A DNA stretch of 20,000 nt from an uncultured virus (IMG/VR IMGVR_UViG_3300035659_000006) (IMGVR_UViG_3300035659_000006), one strand, 5' to 3'. Shown: positions 1 to 7,921, numbered from the stretch's first letter. Notes: generated from the sequence alone by a model not told the origin. Numbers and translations are program-made.

Positions 1-290
1 AGGAGTGCCCAGAAGACACGCCCTGTAAGACCGACGGCGGTTGCGGCGGCCTTGGCAGTCGCCAGCACCTCAATCCGCCAAGCCTTCAGGACGCCCATAT
101 CGCCGTTGACTCGTTTGACTTCCGTCTCCAGGCTCGACACCAAGCCTTTGATTTCCTCGTGAGCGCCGTCGTTGCGGTCGAATGCCTTGTCAACTGCTTT
201 CATCGCCTCTGGGAACTCATGGTCCCGGAAGTGCTCTACGGTGCCTCGCAACCCGTTGAACGCCTCTTCCAGGCTCTCCAGTGTCGCCAT
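1..290 (-). CDS. Partial coiled-coil protein with a C-terminal hydrophobic segment (XhlA/holin-like membrane protein); runs off the window edge
   Basis: Not in the ORF track; translated by hand from ATG at 290 (GGAG upstream): MATLESLEEAFNGLRGTVEHFRDHEFPEAMKAVDKAFDRNDGAHEEIKGLVSSLETEVKRVNGDMGVLKAWRIEVLATAKAAATAVGLTGRVFWAL..., with no stop before the edge. Confidence 0.65.
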   Translation of the reverse strand, partial: MATLESLEEAFNGLRGTVEHFRDHEFPEAMKAVDKAFDRNDGAHEEIKGLVSSLETEVKRVNGDMGVLKAWRIEVLATAKAAATAVGLTGRVFWAL

Positions 291-300
291 TTGATCGCTC

Positions 301-612
301 CTAATCCGAAGGCACGAACGTCACGTCACAAGCCCCGCTGAAGATGGCGCGGATGCCCGCCGAGAACGCCACCCCGATCTCAATGACCGGCGGCGGCGTA
401 GTCGATATGAGCACTGTCATCTTGATTGGGTCGGTATCGAGCAGGCCATCGCGCAGGGTGATCGTCCGGTTCGCCCCAGGGGGAGTGCCGACGATGATGC
501 GGTGCAGCACGGCCTCCTTGGAGCGCACCTGCACCGTGGCGCCGCCAGCACCGCCAGCCACCGGGTTGCTCGCAGCCAGCGAGCTGTACAAGACATCGTT
601 CAGGGGCGGCAT
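301..612 (-). CDS. Small beta-rich virion structural protein (hypothetical)
   Basis: GAGGGAGG SD; alternating beta-strand pattern (VLHRIIVG...TITLRDG...IEIGVAFSAGIRAIF); lies two genes after the capsid gene. Confidence 0.65.
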   Translation of the reverse strand: MPPLNDVLYSSLAASNPVAGGAGGATVQVRSKEAVLHRIIVGTPPGANRTITLRDGLLDTDPIKMTVLISTTPPPVIEIGVAFSAGIRAIFSGACDVTFVPSD

Positions 613-625
613 CGCGGCCCTCCCT

Positions 626-1231
626 CTACGTCGTCGGCAGCGCGATCACCACCGTCGCGAACTTGCCGGCGGCCCCGCCGCCAGTCCCGTCGGCGATAGT
701 GCAGATCAGCGGCGCTGTCGCGGGCAGCACACCGGCGCCGATGAAGACCTGGCCGATCGTCGCCGTGGCCACGACCAACTTGTCGAGCAGCCCATCGTCG
801 TCGGCGGCCCAGCCCCAGTCGAACGTCGGCTTCAACGTCACGGCGGCCAGCGTCTCGGTGCAGATCGCCACGACGATACAGGCCCGGTCCTTCGTCGCGT
901 GGGCGGCCATCAGCGTCACAGGCGACGCGTCGGCGTGGTCGACGTTACCGCTGGCCCCAAGGCCAGCGGCGATCGCAGCCGCCAGAGCAGCACCCTGGGC
1001 AAACTTGGCCGCCGTGAGCGTACCGTCAGTCACCTTGACGGCTGTCACAGCGCCATCGGCCAACTCGGCAGTCCCGACCGACAGCGGTGCCAGCTCGCCG
1101 GCCTGGATCGAGATGACGATCAGGTCGACCAGCTCACCGATCCACGGGATCAATGGCGTCCCGCCGCCGCCGTACCCGAATGTGGCAACAAGCTGCGCCC
1201 TTACTTGCTCAAGCGCGGTAGTCATGGACAC
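626..1231 (-). CDS. Putative capsid decoration/cement protein
   Basis: Directly follows the capsid gene; AAGGAGG SD before MSM; ADGAVT-like pentapeptide repeats (VGTAELADGAVTAVKVTDGTLTAAKF) followed by a small-residue-rich beta domain. Confidence 0.6.
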   Translation of the reverse strand: MSMTTALEQVRAQLVATFGYGGGGTPLIPWIGELVDLIVISIQAGELAPLSVGTAELADGAVTAVKVTDGTLTAAKFAQGAALAAAIAAGLGASGNVDHADASPVTLMAAHATKDRACIVVAICTETLAAVTLKPTFDWGWAADDDGLLDKLVVATATIGQVFIGAGVLPATAPLICTIADGTGGGAAGKFATVVIALPTT

Positions 1232-1299
1232 CTCCTTGGCGAGAGCGGGCCTGCACCGCCAGCAGCAGCACAGGCCCGCGCATCAGCTAGTCGCCCCGG

Positions 1300-2610
1300 C
1301 TAGGCGATCTTCACTCTCCGGGCGTGGGCGTGCAGCCTCTCCCACGGCACCTGGACGGCCATCAGGCTCTCCAGGAGGAAGTCGTAGGAGGCGCGCGTCC
1401 GGCCCAGCTCGATGAAGGTCACCAGGTTGTCCACGGCCTGCCCGATCGGGTCGATCAGGCTCACCACGGAGGCGCCCCGGTCCTCAGGGTTCAGGTTGAC
1501 GAAGAAGATGTTCTCCTCTCCGGTTGCCTGGTACCTCTTGCTGGCAGCGCCACCAGGCCGGGTCAGGTTGGCCGTGTCCGACCAGGCGGCCACGTTCCCC
1601 GTGATCTTGCCGTCGCCGTCGCGGGTCTTGCCCGCGATGGTCGTGTACAGGTAGGCCGTGCCGGCCCCACCGTCCACGTCCGAGCGGTAGATCTTGTAGA
1701 GCAGCGCGAGCGGGTCCGCCACCCAGGTCAGGTTGGCGATGTGCTCCGTCGCCCCCGAGGTGCAGTTGCACTCGGCTGCGGCCCGCTGCTCGCCGTTCTC
1801 GTAGACGGCGGCCACCTGGTAGCGGTACACGCCGTTGGGCAGGGCACCGCCAGTGGCGATGGCCGCAGCCAGGGTCCCCGGAGCCTGGGCGGACGGCTTG
1901 ACGTAGTCCGTCTCCAGGATCGGGTAGCCCCGGTACAGCGTCATGCGGAAGCCGCCCTCGTACTCGACCGTCTGCACCTCGCGCCGTGCCAGGGTCTGGA
2001 GGCCGGAGATCTTCGACACCATGCCCTTGCTGGCGACGAAGAGGGCCGGGTCCTTGTCCGCGCCCCGGAAGCCCGTGGCCCCGTCGATCAGGTCATCGAG
2101 CAGCTTCAGGGTAACGACGGCGTTGTGGTCGACGATGTTGGTCACGATGATCTGATCCAGCCCGTCGGGGATGTACGGATCAGCCGTGGCACCCCAGAGG
2201 ATGGCGAACTCGGCCTGGTTAGACATGGCCTCCACGCCAGCCTTCTGTTCCGCCACCAGCGAATCGATGAACCGCTGGGAGGCGGCTCGCTGGAAGCCGG
2301 TCACGGCGCCCCAGTAGTGCAGGGGCTTCAGCGTGACCGTGGGCCGGTCGTAGGTCGACTGGACGGCACCCGCCCTGTTGTCGACGAGCTCGCCCTCGAA
2401 GGCGGCCGCGCCGTGAGCCGTCCGGCGGACGATCTCGTGCACCCGCCCCTTGGCCTGCTTGATGGGCATCACCTGGAGCAGCGGCTGCAGCCGCAACAGC
2501 TCCTCGACGAGGGCCGGCTCCAGGTCCTCCGGCTGGAGCGCCGTCCCCGACGCCCCGGCGGCCGTGAGGGCCTTGGCCAGCTCGCTCGTAGCCTTGATTA
2601 GCCGTTCCAT
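1300..2610 (-). CDS. Major capsid protein (HK97-like fold) with an inserted Ig/FN3-like domain
   Basis: GGAGGT SD; LQPEDLEPALVE, AAFEGE, TYDRPTVTLK, GAVTGF, EFAILWG, DGLDQII and YRGYPILET motifs typical of capsid proteins; follows protease and scaffold. Confidence 0.9.
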   Translation of the reverse strand: MERLIKATSELAKALTAAGASGTALQPEDLEPALVEELLRLQPLLQVMPIKQAKGRVHEIVRRTAHGAAAFEGELVDNRAGAVQSTYDRPTVTLKPLHYWGAVTGFQRAASQRFIDSLVAEQKAGVEAMSNQAEFAILWGATADPYIPDGLDQIIVTNIVDHNAVVTLKLLDDLIDGATGFRGADKDPALFVASKGMVSKISGLQTLARREVQTVEYEGGFRMTLYRGYPILETDYVKPSAQAPGTLAAAIATGGALPNGVYRYQVAAVYENGEQRAAAECNCTSGATEHIANLTWVADPLALLYKIYRSDVDGGAGTAYLYTTIAGKTRDGDGKITGNVAAWSDTANLTRPGGAASKRYQATGEENIFFVNLNPEDRGASVVSLIDPIGQAVDNLVTFIELGRTRASYDFLLESLMAVQVPWERLHAHARRVKIA

Positions 2611-2616
2611 GGGAAT

Positions 2617-2701
2617 CTACCTCCGCTGCATCCCGGCGAGGCCGGGGGATATTCGCTCGTTCGAAGCGCTACCTGCGATGCATCCCGGCGAGGCCGGGGG
2701 A
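2617..2701. repeat. Tandem direct repeat with a 52-nt period (23-nt perfect core TGCATCCCGGCGAGGCCGGGGGA at 2627-2649 and 2679-2701); each copy holds a CCCGGC-N3-GCCGGG hairpin
   Basis: Read directly; extended match CTACCT(C/G)CG(C/A)TGCATCCCGGCGAGGCCGGGGGA. Confidence 0.9.
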
Positions 2702-3664
2702 ATACGTGTCGCCGGGCCGGTCGGAGCGGGACTTCCTCTTGGGCTTCTCCCGCGTGTCCTCCTCGTCCACGGCGATGCTCTTGTAGATGGGCCTGCGCGC
2801 TTGGGCGATGGCGTCGCTGATCATCTTGGCCACCTCGACGGCAGTGACCGGAGCGCCCTGCGGCTGGACGGCCTCTTCCTCGTCGTCCCTCTTCTCCGTG
2901 GGCTGCTCCTGTCCCTCCTTCAGGGCGGCCAGTTGCTCCGCGAGCGCTCCCATGCCCCTGAGCACCTCGGCCTGGAACTCGTCGGCGACCTCGACCTCGA
3001 TCTCGCCGAGCTTCACCTTCACGGGCTCCGTCGACTTCACGCCGACGCCGCCCAGGATTTCGGACAGCTTGCTCCCGAAGGCCTTCACGGCCGCGTCGAT
3101 GAGCGCCAGCTTGTTCTCCTCTTCGCTGTCCAGGACGACCCAGACCACGTCCATGAGAGCGTCGAAGCAGGCCCACACGTCGCCCGAGGCGGCCATGCCG
3201 CGGTAGGCGGTGTCGAAGTCGGTCGTCGCCTCGATCTGCTTCTGGCGCTCCAAGATGCCCAGGGCGGCCTGGCCTGGACGCGACAGCTCCGACTTGTGCT
3301 CCGCCAGGAAGCTGACGGCCCCCGCGACTGTCAACGGCTCCACGGGTGTGGGCGGTTCAACTGCGGCGGGAGCTGCCTCAGGAGCTGCAGCGGCAGGCTC
3401 GGCCTCCGGCTCCTCGGCCTTGCTCACTGGCTTCGTGCCCTCCGGTTCCGTGGCCTCGGGCTCCTCGGGATGCTCCTCAGCCGTGGCTTCCGGCTCCGGG
3501 ACCTCGGGGTCGTGCTTGTCTTTGACCACTGTGTCCTCCTCTTGGCGCTTCATGAGCAGGAACTCGCGCCCAATAGCAGGCGAATCCACCATGCTGACGA
3601 TGGTCACCGTCAGCTCTTCCAGGCGGTAAGCCGCGGGGTCTTCGGTATTCGCTCTGCCCTTCAT
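2669..3664 (-). CDS. Scaffolding protein preceded by a protease-like N-terminal segment; probable internal GTG start at 3529
   Basis: N-terminal LEELTVTIVSMVDSPAIGREFLLMK resembles the VSxVDxPA strands of prohead proteases; then an acidic Pro/Glu/Ala-rich helical region; strong GAGGAGG SD before in-frame GTG at 3529. Confidence 0.75.
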   Translation of the reverse strand: MKGRANTEDPAAYRLEELTVTIVSMVDSPAIGREFLLMKRQEEDTVVKDKHDPEVPEPEATAEEHPEEPEATEPEGTKPVSKAEEPEAEPAAAAPEAAPAAVEPPTPVEPLTVAGAVSFLAEHKSELSRPGQAALGILERQKQIEATTDFDTAYRGMAASGDVWACFDALMDVVWVVLDSEEENKLALIDAAVKAFGSKLSEILGGVGVKSTEPVKVKLGEIEVEVADEFQAEVLRGMGALAEQLAALKEGQEQPTEKRDDEEEAVQPQGAPVTAVEVAKMISDAIAQARRPIYKSIAVDEEDTREKPKRKSRSDRPGDTYSPGLAGMHRR

Positions 3665-3670
3665 GGCACC

Positions 3671-3699
3671 AAAAAAACGACTGCCCGTTGGGGCAGTCG
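3671..3699 (-). terminator. Rho-independent terminator-like hairpin
   Basis: Minus strand CGACTGCCC-CAAC-GGGCAGTCG (9-bp perfect stem) followed by T7. Confidence 0.75.
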
Positions 3700-3715
3700 C
3701 GGCTGCTGCTCTAAG

Positions 3716-3742
3716 GTGACGCTAGACGCTACGCGGCGTCAC
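3716..3742. promoter_or_regulatory. Inverted repeat GTGACGC-N13-GCGTCAC (hairpin or operator)
   Basis: Perfect 7-bp arms just after the protease stop and upstream of the terminator. Confidence 0.4.
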
Positions 3743-3745
3743 GTC

Positions 3746-4906
3746 CTACGGCGGCGTGGCACTGGCCAGTACCTCAACTCCGGCGGGCAACTCCTTGACG
3801 GGGATGCGCAGCCCGCGCCCCATGATCGAGAAGCCGCGCAGCTCGCCGCTCTCCACCTGCCGCCAGACCTCCTCATCCATCACCTTGACCGACATGATCC
3901 AGTCGCCGGCGCCCACGGGCTGCTCGCCCAGCTCGAAGTCCACCGGCGCCTGGTAGCACTCCACAACACGCAGGAGGGGATTGATCACCTCGTTGTGCAT
4001 CACGTCGAGCTGCTGGAAGGCGATCATGTACTTCTCCATGGCCTTCCAGATCTCGTCCGGCTCCACGTAGTCATCCTGATAATCGACGGTGTTGGCGGCC
4101 AGGACGTGGCCCGTCACGACGCGCCTCTCGCTGTTGACCTTGAGGATGGGGGCGAAGACCGACCAGGCCCCGTCCTCCTCGACCTTCAGGACGGGACGCA
4201 TCTCGGGGTTGCGCTTCTGCTGGCTGGCCTCGCCGAGCTGGTCGAGCACGGAGCGGATCCGAGCGATGGCTTCCTCGGCCGCGTCGACAGCGCTGCGGAG
4301 CGCCTGCTCGTTCTTCGCTGAGAGGACCCGACCGACCTTGCCCAGTTCCACCAGCACGCCGAGGTTAGCCAGGGCCTCCTCGATGGGGATATCCCCACCC
4401 CGGAGTTGCCGGATGTATTCCACGGCCTCTGGGCTGGCGCTCTTCTCCTGCTCCCAGGGAGGCACCTTGTCGAACTGACCATAGTGCCCCGCCAGGTGGG
4501 CCTTGACGCCGTCCATGTCATCATCGGGGACATCTACGCCGCCCCTCGAACCCTGGCAGGCGGCGCCGGCCGCCGAGACGCCGTTCCACACGACCACGAA
4601 TGAGCCGTCCACGATGTCGTGGTGAGGCAGCTTGTAGCTACTCGTCAGTTCCGGCTCATCCTCATCGTACCAGGCGAAGCCGGTTCGGTACTTGGCCCAG
4701 TCGATCTTGTCGTTGTCACCGGAGCCGTCAGAGGATGCCCACTCCGCGAGCCTCTTCCGGGCTCCATCGCCGTCCCAGGCCATGTCTTCAGGGGCCTTGG
4801 CCGGTGTGTGGCTGGCCACGGCGCCCTTCTCCTGGACGCTCCCCAGCAGGTCAAGGAGCGGCTGGCAGGCGTCGCGGAAGGCCTGCAACAAGGCTGGGTT
4901 AGTCAT
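3746..4906 (-). CDS. Prohead maturation protease, XkdF-like C-terminal domain with accessory N-terminal domains
   Basis: RRVVTGHVLAANTVDYQDD...DVMH...VVECYQAPVDF...GDWIMSVKV.DEEVW..VESGELRGFSIMG is the XkdF-type pattern; N-terminal AWDG...YKLPHHD...HLAGHY domain and a GRVLSAKN helix of the kind seen in head proteins. Confidence 0.85.
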   Translation of the reverse strand: MTNPALLQAFRDACQPLLDLLGSVQEKGAVASHTPAKAPEDMAWDGDGARKRLAEWASSDGSGDNDKIDWAKYRTGFAWYDEDEPELTSSYKLPHHDIVDGSFVVVWNGVSAAGAACQGSRGGVDVPDDDMDGVKAHLAGHYGQFDKVPPWEQEKSASPEAVEYIRQLRGGDIPIEEALANLGVLVELGKVGRVLSAKNEQALRSAVDAAEEAIARIRSVLDQLGEASQQKRNPEMRPVLKVEEDGAWSVFAPILKVNSERRVVTGHVLAANTVDYQDDYVEPDEIWKAMEKYMIAFQQLDVMHNEVINPLLRVVECYQAPVDFELGEQPVGAGDWIMSVKVMDEEVWRQVESGELRGFSIMGRGLRIPVKELPAGVEVLASATPP

Positions 4907-5114
4907 GGCTCAACATCTCCCGCAACTGGCCGCGCAGCGACGGCGACAGGCCCGACCGTAGGGCGCTCTCCACGATCTCGGCGATGCAGATCCGGTTCTC
5001 GTGGTGCTCGCCGTGGTGCCTCGCCTTCACGACCAGACTGTCTCCGTCCACCATCAGCACCGGCGTCCGGCAGCGCGGCTGGCTACACAGGAGCGTCGTG
5101 CGCCGGCCGGCCAT
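4899..5114 (-). CDS. Small Cys/His zinc-ribbon-like protein
   Basis: CSQPRC...RHHGEHHEN; overlaps both neighbours; ATG at 5114 preferred over the track start at 5123 (start uncertain). Confidence 0.5.
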   Translation of the reverse strand: MAGRRTTLLCSQPRCRTPVLMVDGDSLVVKARHHGEHHENRICIAEIVESALRSGLSPSLRGQLREMLSHD

Positions 5115-5481
5115 CAGGACCAAAGGTCTGCTCCACCTGTTCTGGGAAGGCGCCGCGCGACGCCTCGCGCGCCTCCTCCCGGCTGATATCCGGATAGAGG
5201 CCGCTCATGACACCGGGGTCGCGCCGGATAGCGGCCCGCAACACCTTCAGGCGGTTGCGGGTCATGCCCGGTATGGCCAGCAGCTCAGCGTCAGTCCGCT
5301 CGTCCAGCATCTGGGCGCTGACTGTGCGGATGCCCCCGCCTAGCTCGATCTGGTACCATGGCCATCCCTTGCGGATGACCTCCCGCACGCTCTCCGACAC
5401 GTCGAGCTCTTCGAGGTACATACTCGGATCGAAACCAGGCTTCTGAACCGTGCGGCGCACGACGGTCAGGGGAAGGTTCAT
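5083..5481 (-). CDS. RNA polymerase alpha-CTD-like (HhH) protein
   Basis: LEELDVSESVREVIRKG...IRTV...RTDAELLAIPGMTRNRLKVLRAAI resembles the alpha-CTD/HhH consensus; ATGA overlap with the upstream gene and GGAGG SD. Confidence 0.55.
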   Translation of the reverse strand: MNLPLTVVRRTVQKPGFDPSMYLEELDVSESVREVIRKGWPWYQIELGGGIRTVSAQMLDERTDAELLAIPGMTRNRLKVLRAAIRRDPGVMSGLYPDISREEAREASRGAFPEQVEQTFGPDGRPAHDAPV

Positions 5482-5921
5482 CGGTTCCCTCCATGCAAGC
5501 CTTTGAGCGCCAGCCGGAATCCTTCGCGGAGGGCTCTCTCCTCATCTGAGATTGACGGCGAGCCACGGCCCTCTCGGCGATTTCCCCGAATAACCTGTCG
5601 CTGGGCGAGGAATTCAAGAGCCAGCCAAGCTTGATCGGCCTTACCGACCATGTAACGACGGCAGCGCTCCAGCATGTTAGCTGCCGCTGCTTGCCCTGCC
5701 GACCAGGCCCACAGCTTGCCCTGTCGGCAGACAGAGCCACCGAACAGCGCGAGAAGCCGTTCCACCATGTTGCGGCTTGAGTTGACAACGACCACAGCGA
5801 CTTGGTGCGTCCCGTAGACCTTCCCGCCACGGAATTGAATCCCGATATAACCTTCGCCATCGAGAATGCCTGCGGCCCACGCCAAATCAGTGGCCCTGAG
5901 TCTCATGGCCGGAAACGGCAT
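5478..5921 (-). mobile_element. Free-standing single-motif LAGLIDADG homing endonuclease gene
   Basis: DLAWAAGILDGEGYI, V.VVNSS..MVERL..LFGGSV, W.W, YMVGKADQA; GGAGGT SD. Confidence 0.9.
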
Positions 5922-5982
5922 GGCTCACCTCCAAGGCTAGCCTAGAAAGGCGGGGCGCTCAGCACAAAGCCTCGCGTGGCAA

Positions 5983-6153
5983 CTACTTCTCGGCTGGCCA
6001 GCACCAGCGGCACTTGTGCCAGCGCGGGTCCAGTCCGTCGGCCTCGCCCCGGCGCTTGATGTCGTCCGTGTTGCAGCGTTCACTCAAGCCCGCCCGCCGG
6101 TGCACGACCACGCGCAGCCCGAACCAGGTCTTGTTCAGGATGTACGGCTTCAT
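5983..6153 (-). CDS. Small hypothetical metal-binding protein (56 aa)
   Basis: Below the track cut-off; GGAGG SD; MKPYILNKTWFGLRVVVHRRAGLSERCNTDDIKRRGEADGLDPRWHKCRWCWPAEK (H...C...CxxC). Confidence 0.65.
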   Translation of the reverse strand: MKPYILNKTWFGLRVVVHRRAGLSERCNTDDIKRRGEADGLDPRWHKCRWCWPAEK

Positions 6154-6209
6154 CTTGGCCTCCTGGGAGCGCCCTCATGCGCTTCTCGACCGATCCGCCG
6201 CCAGAATCG

Positions 6210-6578
6210 CTACACGACGCCACGGCCGACCGGGACGGAGGATCTCCCAGACCTCGGCGCCATAGCAGGCCGCGACCTTACGAAGTATCTGGCGGTCCAG
6301 TCGCCGCCAAAGATGTCCTGGGCAGCGGCCACAACCCTCGCCCAGGGGAACGGCTGACAGGAGAAGCAGTCGACGAACGCCCTCGCGCCCTGAATGTGGG
6401 CCGATATATGGCTCTCGGCGATGACGACGAAGCCGATCCCGTGCGCCTCGTCGACCACCGGGCCGGCGATCACGGTCAGACCCGTAACCTCTACGGCCCT
6501 GTTCAGCCAGCGCAGGATGTCGCCTGGGTGAGACAAAACGCCTGAGCCGTCGGCCAACAGGTGATAGCCCTGGATCAT
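6210..6578 (-). CDS. speD: S-adenosylmethionine decarboxylase proenzyme (pyruvoyl-dependent, SpeD/SpeH family)
   Basis: G.HLLAD N-terminus, IAESHISAH autocleavage motif (E|SH), FVDCFSC catalytic Cys motif. Confidence 0.88.
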   Translation of the reverse strand: MIQGYHLLADGSGVLSHPGDILRWLNRAVEVTGLTVIAGPVVDEAHGIGFVVIAESHISAHIQGARAFVDCFSCQPFPWARVVAAAQDIFGGDWTARYFVRSRPAMAPRSGRSSVPVGRGVV

Positions 6579-6626
6579 CGGGTTCTCCAGACATCGCTCT
6601 CACCCCTCTCGCGGGACGCCGACCGG

Positions 6627-7442
6627 TCATTCGGCTGTCGCCTCCAGGTCACCGCCGAGCCACGGCGACTCAGGCCGCTCGCCCTCGTACTCGACCTCGA
6701 GGCTGTGGCAGCAGTTGACGTGCAGCGGGACGGCCCAGGTATAGCCCTCTTCCAGGGAGACCCACCCCTCGGCGACCAGGTCCTCGCAGGCCGGGCAGAC
6801 CGCGCTCTGTGGGTCAACCCGCGCCCTCCCCGTGAGGTGGTTCCGGTAGATGAAGTCCACCTGGGCGTAGTTGCGTGCCGTGCTGAGTTCGGTGGCGCTG
6901 ATGCCGGGCAGGTGCTTCTGCCAGCGTGCGGCGTCCCAATCCGCTAGCCTTTTTAGGTAGGTCGCCCGGTTCGCTGTAGGAACCTCCTCGGCTATGCGGG
7001 CGATCTGCCGGTGCATCTCGGCGTTGTAGGTGTCGCTGATGCTGCGGGCTGCGAACTGGGCCCGGCCCCGTAGGTCCGAGAGGACGGTCGGGTCGGTGAG
7101 CTTCAGGCTGCCAGCGAGGTCATAGCCCGCGGCCCGTGCCTCTTGGAGGATGGCTGCTCCGAAGTCGGTGCTCGCCTGCTCGAACAGCTCCTGCGCCAGG
7201 AGGTCCTCGTAGCCCGGGCCGACACTGAAGGCGTTGTAGACCAGCTCTTGGACGGCGGTGAGTGCCTGCTTGGACAAGGGTGCCGGGTAGGCGAGAGAGA
7301 GGATGCGGCTCTTTGTCTTGCAGTGCTCCTCGGTTGCGGCCATTAGCGCCGCGCAGTAGGCCGACGGGTCGTCCACCTTTCCCTGGTAGAACGCCTCACA
7401 ATCCGCGAAACTAGCGAACTGGCACCGATCACCGAAGGGCAC
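6627..7442 (-). CDS. Phage minor head/head morphogenesis protein (MuF / SPP1 gp7-like)
   Basis: C-terminal TELSTARN...CPAC..L...GW...PLHVNCCHSL; N-terminal FADC...DPSAYCAAL mini-domain; lies between portal and protease; AGGAG SD inside the end of the upstream HEG. Confidence 0.8.
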   Translation of the reverse strand: MPFGDRCQFASFADCEAFYQGKVDDPSAYCAALMAATEEHCKTKSRILSLAYPAPLSKQALTAVQELVYNAFSVGPGYEDLLAQELFEQASTDFGAAILQEARAAGYDLAGSLKLTDPTVLSDLRGRAQFAARSISDTYNAEMHRQIARIAEEVPTANRATYLKRLADWDAARWQKHLPGISATELSTARNYAQVDFIYRNHLTGRARVDPQSAVCPACEDLVAEGWVSLEEGYTWAVPLHVNCCHSLEVEYEGERPESPWLGGDLEATAE

Positions 7443-7920
7443 GAAGCACCTGCTCCTGTCGCCGTGGCGACAGCATTCCGTACAGTGACATCATCAGCCC
7501 GCGAGCGCGGGCCCCGGTAACTCGCCAATCGTAATAACTCGTGTTCCGATGCCGCTTGACTGACCCGCCGAAAGCCGCCCTCAGCCGATCCAGTGGCCAC
7601 CGCTGCTTCTGCCCAGCGGCCACAACCTCAGTCGTCGAGCGGCCGAACGTTCCCTCACCCTCCAGAAACCCGGCTGCCCACACGAAGTCGTCATGCGTGG
7701 CTGGTCGGAGCGGTGCAAGCTTCGGCCAGAGCCGCCCACTCGCCTTCTGAGCACAGCGTCGGCACCGCCGTCCCTCTCCGCGGGCTATCTCAGAGGGGTA
7801 CTTCAGCAGCTCCTTGCCGCACTCGCTGCAGTGCGTCAGGACCTGATATATGTAGCGGGCGTACGTTCCGTCCGCTCGGCGAGGCCCCGTACCCCTCTTG
7901 GTACGTTGCTCGAAGGGCAA
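7429..7920 (-). mobile_element. Free-standing LAGLIDADG homing endonuclease gene with an N-terminal zinc finger
   Basis: CSECGK...CRRCA, then DFVWAAGFLEGEGTF, Q...LDRLRAAFGGSV, YDWRVTG, LSPRRQEQ; TTG start with GGGGAG SD. Confidence 0.88.
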
Positions 7921-7921
7921 G

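Noticed and set aside
2617..2701. CRISPR mini-array or DGR template/variable repeat
   Set aside because: Only two copies; no cas or reverse transcriptase gene in the window; mismatches are not consistently at adenines
3665..3748. TAG recoding (alternative genetic code) fusing protease and scaffold
   Set aside because: TAG terminates many genes here and no conserved gene has an internal TAG; two TAGs and a terminator would need to be read through
344..4321. Long plus-strand ORFs (344-1303, 1324-2601, 2450-4321 and similar ones elsewhere)
   Set aside because: Antisense shadows of GC-rich minus-strand genes; no motifs or SDs
5291..5860. 189-aa alternative-frame ORF overlapping the HEG
   Set aside because: Not in frame with either neighbour and has no motif; kept only as a caveat for the parB finding
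6175..6630. 151-aa ORF overlapping speD with an ATGA overlap
   Set aside because: Arg-rich frame-shadow composition; the speD frame carries the conserved motifs
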